DNA of 34,013 bases from an uncultured Atribacterota bacterium (GCA_964632105.1 CAZWFH010000003.1:1-34013); one strand, 5' to 3'; counted from the first letter of the stretch, positions 26,292 through 33,570 are shown. The notes: generated from the sequence alone by a model not told the origin. Translations and numbers: made by a program.

Positions 26292-27782
26292 ATGAAAAAA
26301 CAAAATATTGGATTAATTGGCTTGGGTCCTATGGGACAAAATTTAGTTTTAAATATAGAAAGCAAAGGTTATAAGGTAGCAGTATTTAATAGAACAAGTA
26401 GTAAGACTGAAAAATATACCGAAGAAATGGCTAAAGGAAAAAATATATTACCTACCTATTCTTTAGAGGAATTTGTAAATTCTTTAGAAACTCCTCGAAA
26501 AATAATACTACTTGTAAAGGCAGGTAAAGCTGTAGATAGCTTTATAGAAAAACTTATTCCCTTATTAGATAAAGGAGATTTAATTATTGATGCTGGAAAT
26601 TCTTTTTTCAAAGATACGATAAGACGCAATAAAGAGTTAAATGATTTAGGATTATTATTTATCGGAACAGGCATTTCTGGAGGAGAAGAAGGAGCCTTAA
26701 AAGGGCCGGCTATAATGCCTGGCGGACAGAAAGAAGCTTATGCTCTGGTAGAAGATATATTCAAAAAGATTGCGGCCAAAGCCTACGATGGTGTTCCTTG
26801 TGTATCCTATATTGGTCCAGATGGAGCTGGCCATTTTGTTAAGATGGCACATAATGGTATCGAATATGGGGATATGCAATTAATTGGAGAATGTGTTTGG
26901 GTATTTAAGAATGCTTTGAATATGAGTTCGGAAGAAATTGCAGGGATTTTAACCGGTTGGAATAGCAGCGATGATGTTCTTCGCTCTTATTTAGTAGAAA
27001 TAACCGGAGAAAGTATGAAAGAAAAAGATAAAAAAACTGGCGAGTATCTGGTTGACCGAACAGCTGATATTACCAGAATGAAAGGGACAGGGACCTGGAC
27101 AGTACAAAGCGCTTTGGAATTGTTAGTCCCTATTCCTACTATTACTGCTGCGGTTTTCTCACGAGAGATGTCTCAAGATAAAGATTTGAGACTGAAAGTA
27201 TCTAAAAGATTATCAACTTTCAAGGAAAAATATGTGGGAGAAAAAGAACGGTTTATCGAAATTGCCCATGATGCCCTGTATCTGGCTAAGATTTCTTCTT
27301 ACGCCCAGGGTATGGCTTTATTACAGGCTGCTTCCAAGGAATATAAATGGAACCTTAATTTAGGAGAAATTGTTAAGGGATGGCGAAGTGGGTGTATAAT
27401 TCGGGCTCAGTTTTTAGATGAAGTTACCAAGGCCTACGAAAAAAATCCAGAAATACCCAATCTTTTAACTGCTCCTCGATTCGCTGAAGTGGTTAAACAA
27501 TATCTTAACAAATTAGCCAACTTTATCGAGATTGCTCATTGGGTAAAAGTACCTGCTCCGGCTATGGATAATGCTTTTGATTATATTCTTCAACTGGTCA
27601 GTCCGGTAATGATTTCTGCCCAGATATCAGCCCTACAACGAGATTATTTTGGAGCCCATGGTTACTTTAAACTCAAAGGATTAGATGATCCGGAAGTAAT
27701 AACTACACCAGATGGAAAAATGAGAGAGTTTCATACTGAATGGATGCTACCCGGACGACCGGAAGAGGAATGGACTGAGTAA
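26292..27782 (+). CDS. gnd: 6-phosphogluconate dehydrogenase, decarboxylating
   Basis: IGLIGLGPMGQNLVLNIESKGY Rossmann motif, GISGGEEGALKGPAIMPGG, HFVKMAHNGIEYGDMQLI and QRDYFGAHGY. Confidence 0.9.
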   Translation: MKKQNIGLIGLGPMGQNLVLNIESKGYKVAVFNRTSSKTEKYTEEMAKGKNILPTYSLEEFVNSLETPRKIILLVKAGKAVDSFIEKLIPLLDKGDLIIDAGNSFFKDTIRRNKELNDLGLLFIGTGISGGEEGALKGPAIMPGGQKEAYALVEDIFKKIAAKAYDGVPCVSYIGPDGAGHFVKMAHNGIEYGDMQLIGECVWVFKNALNMSSEEIAGILTGWNSSDDVLRSYLVEITGESMKEKDKKTGEYLVDRTADITRMKGTGTWTVQSALELLVPIPTITAAVFSREMSQDKDLRLKVSKRLSTFKEKYVGEKERFIEIAHDALYLAKISSYAQGMALLQAASKEYKWNLNLGEIVKGWRSGCIIRAQFLDEVTKAYEKNPEIPNLLTAPRFAEVVKQYLNKLANFIEIAHWVKVPAPAMDNAFDYILQLVSPVMISAQISALQRDYFGAHGYFKLKGLDDPEVITTPDGKMREFHTEWMLPGRPEEEWTE

Positions 27783-27862
27783 GTGATGAGTGATGAGTAA
27801 TAAGTGACCAGTAATAAGCAGTAAAGAAACGACCAAGAATAAGAAGCAGGGAGTGAGTAGCA
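27783..27862 (+). repeat. Left heptamer array and inverted-repeat arm (GTGATGA GTGATGA GTAATAA GTGACCA GTAATAA ...)
   Basis: Eleven 7-nt units lie between the gnd stop and the ATG at 27863. Positions 27783-27800 are the exact reverse complement of 28259-28276. Confidence 0.85.
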
Positions 27863-28222
27863 ATGAGCAAAGAAATAAGGAATCATAAAGATTTGGAAGT
27901 TTGGAAAAAAAGTATAGATTTGGTCAGTAATATTTATAAAATTACTGAGTCTTTTCCAAACAAAGAACTTTATGGTTTAACAAATCAAATAAGAAGAGCA
28001 GCGGTTTCTGTTCCTTCAAATATTGCTGAAGGTGCTGCAAGAAACTCTAAAAAAGAATTTATTCAATTTTTATACATAGCCTTAGGATCATTATCTGAAC
28101 TCGAGACGCAAATTATTATTGCAAGCAGGTTAGAATATTTAAATAATTTAGATACTTTATCAGAGGACCTTAAATTTGTACAAAAATTGATAAATGGATT
28201 AATATATTATTTAAAAAAGTAA
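27863..28222 (+). CDS. Four-helix-bundle protein (23S rRNA intervening-sequence protein family)
   Basis: 119 aa. LEVWKKS...FPNKELYGLTNQIRRAAVSVPSNIAEGAAR.SKKEFIQFLYIALGSLSELETQ is the hallmark pattern of this family. Confidence 0.85.
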   Translation: MSKEIRNHKDLEVWKKSIDLVSNIYKITESFPNKELYGLTNQIRRAAVSVPSNIAEGAARNSKKEFIQFLYIALGSLSELETQIIIASRLEYLNNLDTLSEDLKFVQKLINGLIYYLKK

Positions 28223-28237
28223 TTTTAAATACAATTT

Positions 28238-28286
28238 TTCCTTATTTCTTGTTATTTGTTACTCATCACTCATCACTCATTACTAT
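28238..28286 (+). repeat. Right heptamer array and inverted-repeat arm (TTCCTTA TTTCTTG TTATTTG TTACTCA TCACTCA TCACTCA TTACTAT)
   Basis: Reverse complement of the left array (18 nt perfect, about 14/21 beyond). It ends just before the RBS AGAGGGAGG. Confidence 0.85.
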
Positions 28287-28307
28287 ATTTAAAGAGGGAG
28301 GATTAAT

Positions 28308-29585
28308 GTGCTATCCATTGAAAATCTCCAGGGAGAATTAACTAAAGAACAGTTAAAAGAAATCGTAAAAGAAAGTCTGAAAAATATTTCTTCGGTAAAA
28401 AAAGTTCTTTTAATTCATCCTGATTATACCCGGACAGACTTTACCGATAAATTAATTCCCCTTATATATCAAGAGCTAAAAAATAAAGGAATGACTCAAA
28501 TTGATTCTTTAAACGCCGGTGGTACTCACCGAGCAATGACGGAGAAGGGAATTCGGGTTAAGTTAGGACTTTCCAACCAGATTAATTTTACTCATTTTTA
28601 TAATCATGAATATAACGACCCTCAACAACTGGTGACTGTAGGTGAGATTTCTGCTTCTTTTGTAGAAAAAATGACTAAAGGCGAGTTGTCACAATCTATT
28701 CCGGTAGTGGTAAACAAGCTGGTTACAGAAGATTATGATTTGATTATTGCCTTAAGTGGAACCTTGCCCCATGAAGCCGCTGGTTATGCGGGAGGTTTAA
28801 AGGTGTTTTTACCGGGTATCTCCGGACCAGAGGTGATAGATTTATTCCACTGGGCAGCGGTGCTTGTAGGAATCCCCCAGATTATTGGCACTGTCAATAA
28901 TTCTGCACGAGAAGTTATAAATAAAGGTTCTTCTTATGTTTTTAATAAAATAAAAGTGCCAGTCCTCTTATTTAATATGATCTTTGAAGAAAAAGAACAT
29001 CAGGTAATACCAAAAGGTCTATACATAGGTGTGGGGTTCGATGGTTTTATCGAGGCCTATAAACAAGCAGCAAAAGCGAGCTCTCAACTCCATGTAGTTT
29101 ATATAGATAAACCTCTTGAGTGTGCTGTCCAGGTTATTGATAAAAGTTATGATGAGATTTGGACTGCCGGGAAAGGTTCTTATAAACTGCAGAGTCCTGG
29201 AGTTATGGCTCCAGGTGGGGAGATTATTATTTATGCACCTCATATTAATTGTTTTCATTCTCGCATAGAGATGGACTTTGCCTTAAGACAGATAGGATAT
29301 CATTGCAAAGATTATGTAAAAAAATATTTGAAATTAAATCCCGATTTTAGTAAAAATATAGCTGCTCATGTTATAAATGTAAGAGGGGCGGGAAGTTTTG
29401 ATGTTAATTCCTGGAAAGAAGAATTTGACTTTAAAGTTACTTTGACTACCGGAATTCCTCAAGAAGTTTGTAAATCAGTCGGATTGGGTTATCGTAATCC
29501 TGATTCAATTCGTAAAGAAGATTTTATTGGTCCAGAAAAACTTTGGATACAAAATGGAGGAAAATATCTTTACAAAATAAAATAA
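28308..29585 (+). CDS. LarA-superfamily (nickel-pincer-nucleotide dependent) 2-hydroxyacid racemase/epimerase homologue; D-mannonate/D-gluconate 2-epimerase candidate
   Basis: GTG start 7 nt after GGAGG. DYTRTD and GGTHR blocks are present. The H155-x9-K165-x15-H181 spacing is identical to LarA His174/Lys184/His200, and H100 is the candidate His108 equivalent. Confidence 0.65.
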   Translation: MLSIENLQGELTKEQLKEIVKESLKNISSVKKVLLIHPDYTRTDFTDKLIPLIYQELKNKGMTQIDSLNAGGTHRAMTEKGIRVKLGLSNQINFTHFYNHEYNDPQQLVTVGEISASFVEKMTKGELSQSIPVVVNKLVTEDYDLIIALSGTLPHEAAGYAGGLKVFLPGISGPEVIDLFHWAAVLVGIPQIIGTVNNSAREVINKGSSYVFNKIKVPVLLFNMIFEEKEHQVIPKGLYIGVGFDGFIEAYKQAAKASSQLHVVYIDKPLECAVQVIDKSYDEIWTAGKGSYKLQSPGVMAPGGEIIIYAPHINCFHSRIEMDFALRQIGYHCKDYVKKYLKLNPDFSKNIAAHVINVRGAGSFDVNSWKEEFDFKVTLTTGIPQEVCKSVGLGYRNPDSIRKEDFIGPEKLWIQNGGKYLYKIK

Positions 29586-29666
29586 AATATCGAGAGATTC
29601 CAAATTTAATCTGAGCAATCTTCTTATAATCGATGTAATAAATTATAAAAGTAGGAAGTTAAACAA

Positions 29667-30980
29667 ATGAAAAATGTAGTTATCGCACAATCAGGCGGCC
29701 CCACCTCGGTAATAAATAATAGTATCAGAGGAGTGATTGACGAATTAATTTCCTTTAAAAAAGTTGATAAAATATATGGAGCGAGGATGGGTATTCTTGG
29801 GGTTTTAAAAGAAGAATTAATAGACATCTCTTCTCAGGAGCCCCAGCAAATAGCCTTATTAGCAGAAACTCCATCTGCGGGAACAATAGGTAGTTGTAGG
29901 TATAAAATAAAAAATGATGAGGATTTAATCCGTATTGTCGAGGTCTTTAAAAAACATAATGTGGAATATTTCTTTTATTGCGGAGGCGGAGACTCCATGG
30001 ATACAGCTAACAAAATAAATAAATTAGCCCAAAAAGAAAATTTAGAACTGATTTGTACCGGTATCCCCAAAACCATTGATAATGATGTAGGAGGACCATT
30101 GCAAACTGATGGAACATTCGCAGTATGTGATCATGACCCGGGGTATGGGAGTGTAGCCCGGAATTTAGCTATTAATATACTGGAAGCAAATGAAGAGAAT
30201 AAAGCGAGTTATACCAGTGATCCTGTTTTAGTAATCGGCGTAATGGGGAGAAAAATTGGTTTTATTCCCGCTGCAGCACGGTTGGCTGATCCCAAAAGAG
30301 AAATTCCTTTATTAATGATTCTTCCTGAATCTCTATCCAAAGATGATTATCAGAGTAATTTAGAATTTATTAGCGAAAAAGTTAATGAAAAATTAAAAAA
30401 ACAGAAAAGATGTATTGTGGTTATAGGAGAAGGAGTAAATGTAGGGGATTTGGGAATACTGCGAGATAGCTTTGGACATGCTCAATTCAGCGCTTCTGAG
30501 AAAACTGTAGAACAGGTACTTACTAATTACCTTAACGGAATAGACAGGAAAGATAGTCAGGGAAGAGCGCAAAGTAGATTAATAGGTAAAGGAATAGCTC
30601 GCTCGGAAAGGCCGGGTACTCGTCAGAGGAGAGAGATTGCCTATGTATCTGAAATTGATAGGGATGAGGCCTATCAGGTGGGAGTATATGCCGCCAAAAT
30701 TGCTTTATCGGGGGAAAATGGTTTTATGTCGACCATTGTAAGAAATCCTGATTTACCTTATAAAGTAAATTATGATAAAATACTTTTAGATACTGTAGCT
30801 AATTCAGAAAGGGAATTCCCTAAAAAATGGATTGCTTCCAATAGAGTAGATGTAACTGATGAATTTATAAATTGGGCTTTGCCTTTAATCGGAGGTCCGC
30901 TTCCTGAATTTGCAAAATTTAGAAAAATATATGTTCCCAAAAAATGTGAAGAATATATACCAGTGGAGTATAGAAAGTAA
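29667..30980 (+). CDS. Phosphofructokinase-family (PfkA fold) kinase, PPi-type signature; substrate and donor not certain
   Basis: QSGGPTSVINNSIRG, CGGGDSMDTA, GIPKTIDNDV (Lys as in PPi-PFKs), VMGRK, VVIGEG and FGHAQ. Length is 437 aa. Confidence 0.6.
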   Translation: MKNVVIAQSGGPTSVINNSIRGVIDELISFKKVDKIYGARMGILGVLKEELIDISSQEPQQIALLAETPSAGTIGSCRYKIKNDEDLIRIVEVFKKHNVEYFFYCGGGDSMDTANKINKLAQKENLELICTGIPKTIDNDVGGPLQTDGTFAVCDHDPGYGSVARNLAINILEANEENKASYTSDPVLVIGVMGRKIGFIPAAARLADPKREIPLLMILPESLSKDDYQSNLEFISEKVNEKLKKQKRCIVVIGEGVNVGDLGILRDSFGHAQFSASEKTVEQVLTNYLNGIDRKDSQGRAQSRLIGKGIARSERPGTRQRREIAYVSEIDRDEAYQVGVYAAKIALSGENGFMSTIVRNPDLPYKVNYDKILLDTVANSEREFPKKWIASNRVDVTDEFINWALPLIGGPLPEFAKFRKIYVPKKCEEYIPVEYRK

Positions 30981-30983
30981 AAT

Positions 30984-31039
30984 TCGTATCTCGTATCTCG
31001 TGAATCGTATTTCGTAAAAAAGAAGTCCAGGTGCCAGAA
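30984..31039 (+). repeat. 7-nt array TCGTATC x2, TCGTGAA, TCGTATT, TCGTAAA, AAAGAAG, TCCAGGT, GCCAGAA
   Basis: Begins 4 nt after the PFK stop. The last unit, GCCAGAA, is the unit repeated at 25145-25165 in a different register. Confidence 0.8.
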
Positions 31040-31130
31040 GTAGGGGCTCGATTTATCGAGCCCGCTAATCGTAGGACAGGCGTCTCGCCTGTCTATTAAA
31101 TAACCCGGGGCTGATAAATCCGCCCCCTAC
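31040..31130 (+). repeat. GC-rich composite element bounded by GTAGGGGC ... GCCCCCTAC, with two internal hairpins
   Basis: Termini match the palindrome at 25230-25257. The internal hairpins are GGGCTCGAT-TT-ATCGAGCCC (31044-31063) and GACAGGCG-TCT-CGCCTGTC (31075-31093). Confidence 0.75.
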
Positions 31131-31256
31131 ATAAAAAACAATACATTATCTGAAAAAGTTTTGAATTTTGAATTATGGTTTTTAATTTTTCGCTGTAAGT
31201 TTTTAGTTTGATAAATAATTTATTCTATACGCTAAATGCTACCCGCTATATGCTAT
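31131..31256 (+). repeat. 7-nt periodic array (TTTTGAA x2, TTATGGT, TTTTAAT, TTTTCGC ... ACGCTAA ATGCTAC CCGCTAT ATGCTAT)
   Basis: Eighteen units stay in a constant register up to the RBS of the HAD gene. Confidence 0.7.
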
Positions 31257-31280
31257 AATTTAAAGAAAAGAGGAGAAAGA

Positions 31281-32324
31281 ATGGCCTTGCCTAGACTTAC
31301 AGAAAAGCAGATAAAAGAAGATTCGGAACAACAATTAAGAAATTTTCGTAGAACCAAGGATTTTTTGGTAGCTATCGATACCGATGGCTGTGTTACTGAT
31401 AATATGAATGGAAAACAGATGTTAATCTTTCACCCCCAATTTATGGAATTTTATCAGTTGTGGGGGATTGAGTCTTATTTTAGAGAAGTTGCTGAATACT
31501 ATAATCTATTTTCTGTGGATAGAGGCTGTAATAGGTTTATTGCCATTCAACTTACTCTTACTGCTCTTCAAAGCAGAAAAGATGTTCAACAAGTTTTACA
31601 GGAAAGGCATATAAAATTACCTAATATAAAACCCCTAAACGAATATATTGCCTATACAAAAGAGAATAAATTAGGATTAGGTAATCCAAGTTTGGAGGAA
31701 TATTTAAATCAAAATCCTCTTGATTTGTCTTTATATAAACTTTTAGGTTGGAGTGAAGCAGTAAACAGAACTTTTCCTCATATTTCTGCCAAGATTCCTC
31801 CCTTTGACAAAGTTAAAGAATGTTTAAAATTAATGTCTCAATATGTGGATATATTAATTGTTTCTAAAACTCCATATGCAGATTTAGCAAATTACTGGGA
31901 AGATCAGGGAATTGCTCAATATGTTCAGATTATTGCTGGCCAGGAAATGGGTTCAAAGGGACACCATATCGAAGTAGCTAAAAAGGCAGGTAAGTATGAA
32001 GACGAACAGGTGTTAATGATTGGTGATGGAGGAGGTGATTTAAAAGCGGTTAAGATAAATAAGGGACTTTTTTATCCTACTCCACCTGGTCAAGAACAGG
32101 AAGCCTGGGATAATTTTCCTGATGCATTTCAACGATTTATAAAGAGAGAATATAAAGGAAAATTTGAAGATAAACTTTTAGAGGCATTTAATAAAGCACT
32201 ACTTACCTCTCCTCCTTGGCAGGAAAATGGTTATGACCACATAAGATCCTATAGGGAAAAACAGGAGATAAGAAAAGCGTTGTATGCTAAATTTAATCCC
32301 CAGGGGAGACTTCTTATTTTATAA
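31281..32324 (+). CDS. HAD-superfamily hydrolase (probable sugar-phosphate phosphatase); specificity unknown
   Basis: ATG 31281 (8 nt after AGGAG) is preferred over the track start 31236, which lies inside the heptamer array. HAD motifs are I DTDGCV, II VSKTP and IV GDGGGD. Confidence 0.6.
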   Translation: MALPRLTEKQIKEDSEQQLRNFRRTKDFLVAIDTDGCVTDNMNGKQMLIFHPQFMEFYQLWGIESYFREVAEYYNLFSVDRGCNRFIAIQLTLTALQSRKDVQQVLQERHIKLPNIKPLNEYIAYTKENKLGLGNPSLEEYLNQNPLDLSLYKLLGWSEAVNRTFPHISAKIPPFDKVKECLKLMSQYVDILIVSKTPYADLANYWEDQGIAQYVQIIAGQEMGSKGHHIEVAKKAGKYEDEQVLMIGDGGGDLKAVKINKGLFYPTPPGQEQEAWDNFPDAFQRFIKREYKGKFEDKLLEAFNKALLTSPPWQENGYDHIRSYREKQEIRKALYAKFNPQGRLLIL

Positions 32325-32483
32325 AATACTCTCTACCTTATTTTTTTTAAAAAATTTTTTTAAAAAGAAGGATTTTGGTGATAAATGTAGTATTTATAAA
32401 ATAGGTATTTAAAAAGAGGATTTAAAATTAACTAAGTTTACGTTTAATTACCTAATAAAAATTAAATGAGGAGGTTTTTTATT

Positions 32484-33488
32484 ATGAAAAGATTAACTTT
32501 CATATTTTTGCTTGCTATAGTTATAGTATGTATTGTTTTTACAACAGGTCTGGCACAAAAGAAGGTTCTTCACCTTTATACCGCACATGATACAGAAGAG
32601 GCTAAATATTATATTGATGAATTTGAGAAAGAAACCGGAATTGATGTAGAATGGGTGAGATTGTCATCTGGTGAGATTCTGGCCCGGATAGAAGCAGAAG
32701 CTGCAAATCCACAAGCAAGTGTTTGGCATGCTGGTTCCAATACATCTCATATAAATGCAGCATCAAAAGGGCTGCTCGAACCTTATAAACCTAACACAGA
32801 TTTCGAACTACCAGAACTATTCCATGCCAAAGACTGGGCTTGGACAGGATTCTATACCGGTGCGATTGGGTTTGTCTCCAATAAGAACTTCTTGGAAGAA
32901 CATGGCGTAGAAGCTCCAACTTCTTGGTCTCATCTTTTAAATCCTGCTTTTGAAAAAAATATTGCCATGGCTTATCCTTATACTTCAGGTACTGCTTATA
33001 CTACTTATGCCACCCTCGTACAAATGATTGGGCTTGAGAAAACTCTCGACTGGTGGGAAGAATTTGATAAACATAGCATTCACCAGTACACTAAATCAGG
33101 AACTGCCTGTATAGCTATGGTGGGATTAGGTGAAGAAGCGGTGGGAATTGCTTTTTCTCACGACATTCTTGCCAAGGGTATAAATAGAGGCTATCCTGTG
33201 GTTATGTCTTTCCCCTTAGAGGGAACTGGTTATGAAGTCGGTGGACTCTCCTTAATAAAAGGTGGACCTGAGCCTGAATTAGGTAAACAATTTATCGACT
33301 GGTGTTATACCAAAAAAGCTCAAGATCTCTTCCAAAAATGGAACCGTCTACCCGTTAATCCTGCAGCAACTGTTGCAGAAGGCGCAATTACTCTGGATAA
33401 GATTAAATTAATCGATTATAACATGATTTTGGCTGGAGAGAGTAAAGATGAATGGGTCACAGCCTGGAGAGATAGAATAGGAAAATAA
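32484..33488 (+). CDS. ABC transporter periplasmic binding protein (Fe3+/thiamine/polyamine-type, family 1)
   Basis: ATG 32484 (7 nt after GAGGAGG) is preferred over 32466. Signal peptide MKRLTFIFLLAIVIVCIVFTTGLA. LHLYTAHDTEEAKYYIDEFEKETGIDVEWVRLSSGEILARI is typical of FbpA/AfuA-like SBPs. Confidence 0.65.
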   Translation: MKRLTFIFLLAIVIVCIVFTTGLAQKKVLHLYTAHDTEEAKYYIDEFEKETGIDVEWVRLSSGEILARIEAEAANPQASVWHAGSNTSHINAASKGLLEPYKPNTDFELPELFHAKDWAWTGFYTGAIGFVSNKNFLEEHGVEAPTSWSHLLNPAFEKNIAMAYPYTSGTAYTTYATLVQMIGLEKTLDWWEEFDKHSIHQYTKSGTACIAMVGLGEEAVGIAFSHDILAKGINRGYPVVMSFPLEGTGYEVGGLSLIKGGPEPELGKQFIDWCYTKKAQDLFQKWNRLPVNPAATVAEGAITLDKIKLIDYNMILAGESKDEWVTAWRDRIGK

Positions 33489-33521
33489 TTAAAGTTTGTT
33501 AGCAAGCTAAAATTAATATTT

Positions 33522-33570
33522 ATAATAATCCCTACTATTAGTTGATTATTTTAATAGCAGGGATTATTAT
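33522..33570 (+). promoter_or_regulatory. Long hairpin (19-bp arms, 1 mismatch, 11-nt loop) between the SBP and permease genes
   Basis: ATAATAATCCCTACTATTA pairs with TAATAGCAGGGATTATTAT. No T-run follows. The position is analogous to 3901-3938. Confidence 0.55.

Noticed and set aside
356-29827. All minus-strand ORFs in the track: 356-598, 3102-3377, 6237-6428, 8161-8394, 10104-10427, 10727-11023, 10788-11126, 11036-11266, 13032-13238, 13350-13547, 15018-15341, 17539-17727, 19127-19354, 22400-22654, 23719-23907, 26456-26674, 26697-26879, 29019-29258 and 29624-29827.
   Set aside because: Each lies inside or largely overlaps a + strand gene that has clear family motifs. None has a recognisable RBS or family signature, and their compositions look like antisense shadows. 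I treat them as non-coding.
25131-31256. The tandem short repeats might be a CRISPR array.
   Set aside because: The units are 7 nt with no spacers. The arrays are degenerate, split by genes and flank hairpins. No cas genes are present. This is not CRISPR.
31236-31280. The ORF-track start codon of the HAD gene at 31236.
   Set aside because: It lies inside the heptamer array (ATGCTAC CCGCTAT ATGCTAT) and has no RBS. ATG 31281 follows AGGAG at proper spacing.
32338-32375. The A/T palindromic tract TTTTTTTTAAAAAATTTTTTTAAAAA after the HAD gene as a terminator.
   Set aside because: A pure A/T stem would not be stable and there are no G:C pairs. It may simply be AT-rich spacer. It was not called.
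32466-32483. The ORF-track start of the second SBP at 32466.
   Set aside because: That ATG is part of the RBS-like ATGAGGAGG. ATG 32484 lies 7 nt after GAGGAGG and gives a normal signal peptide.
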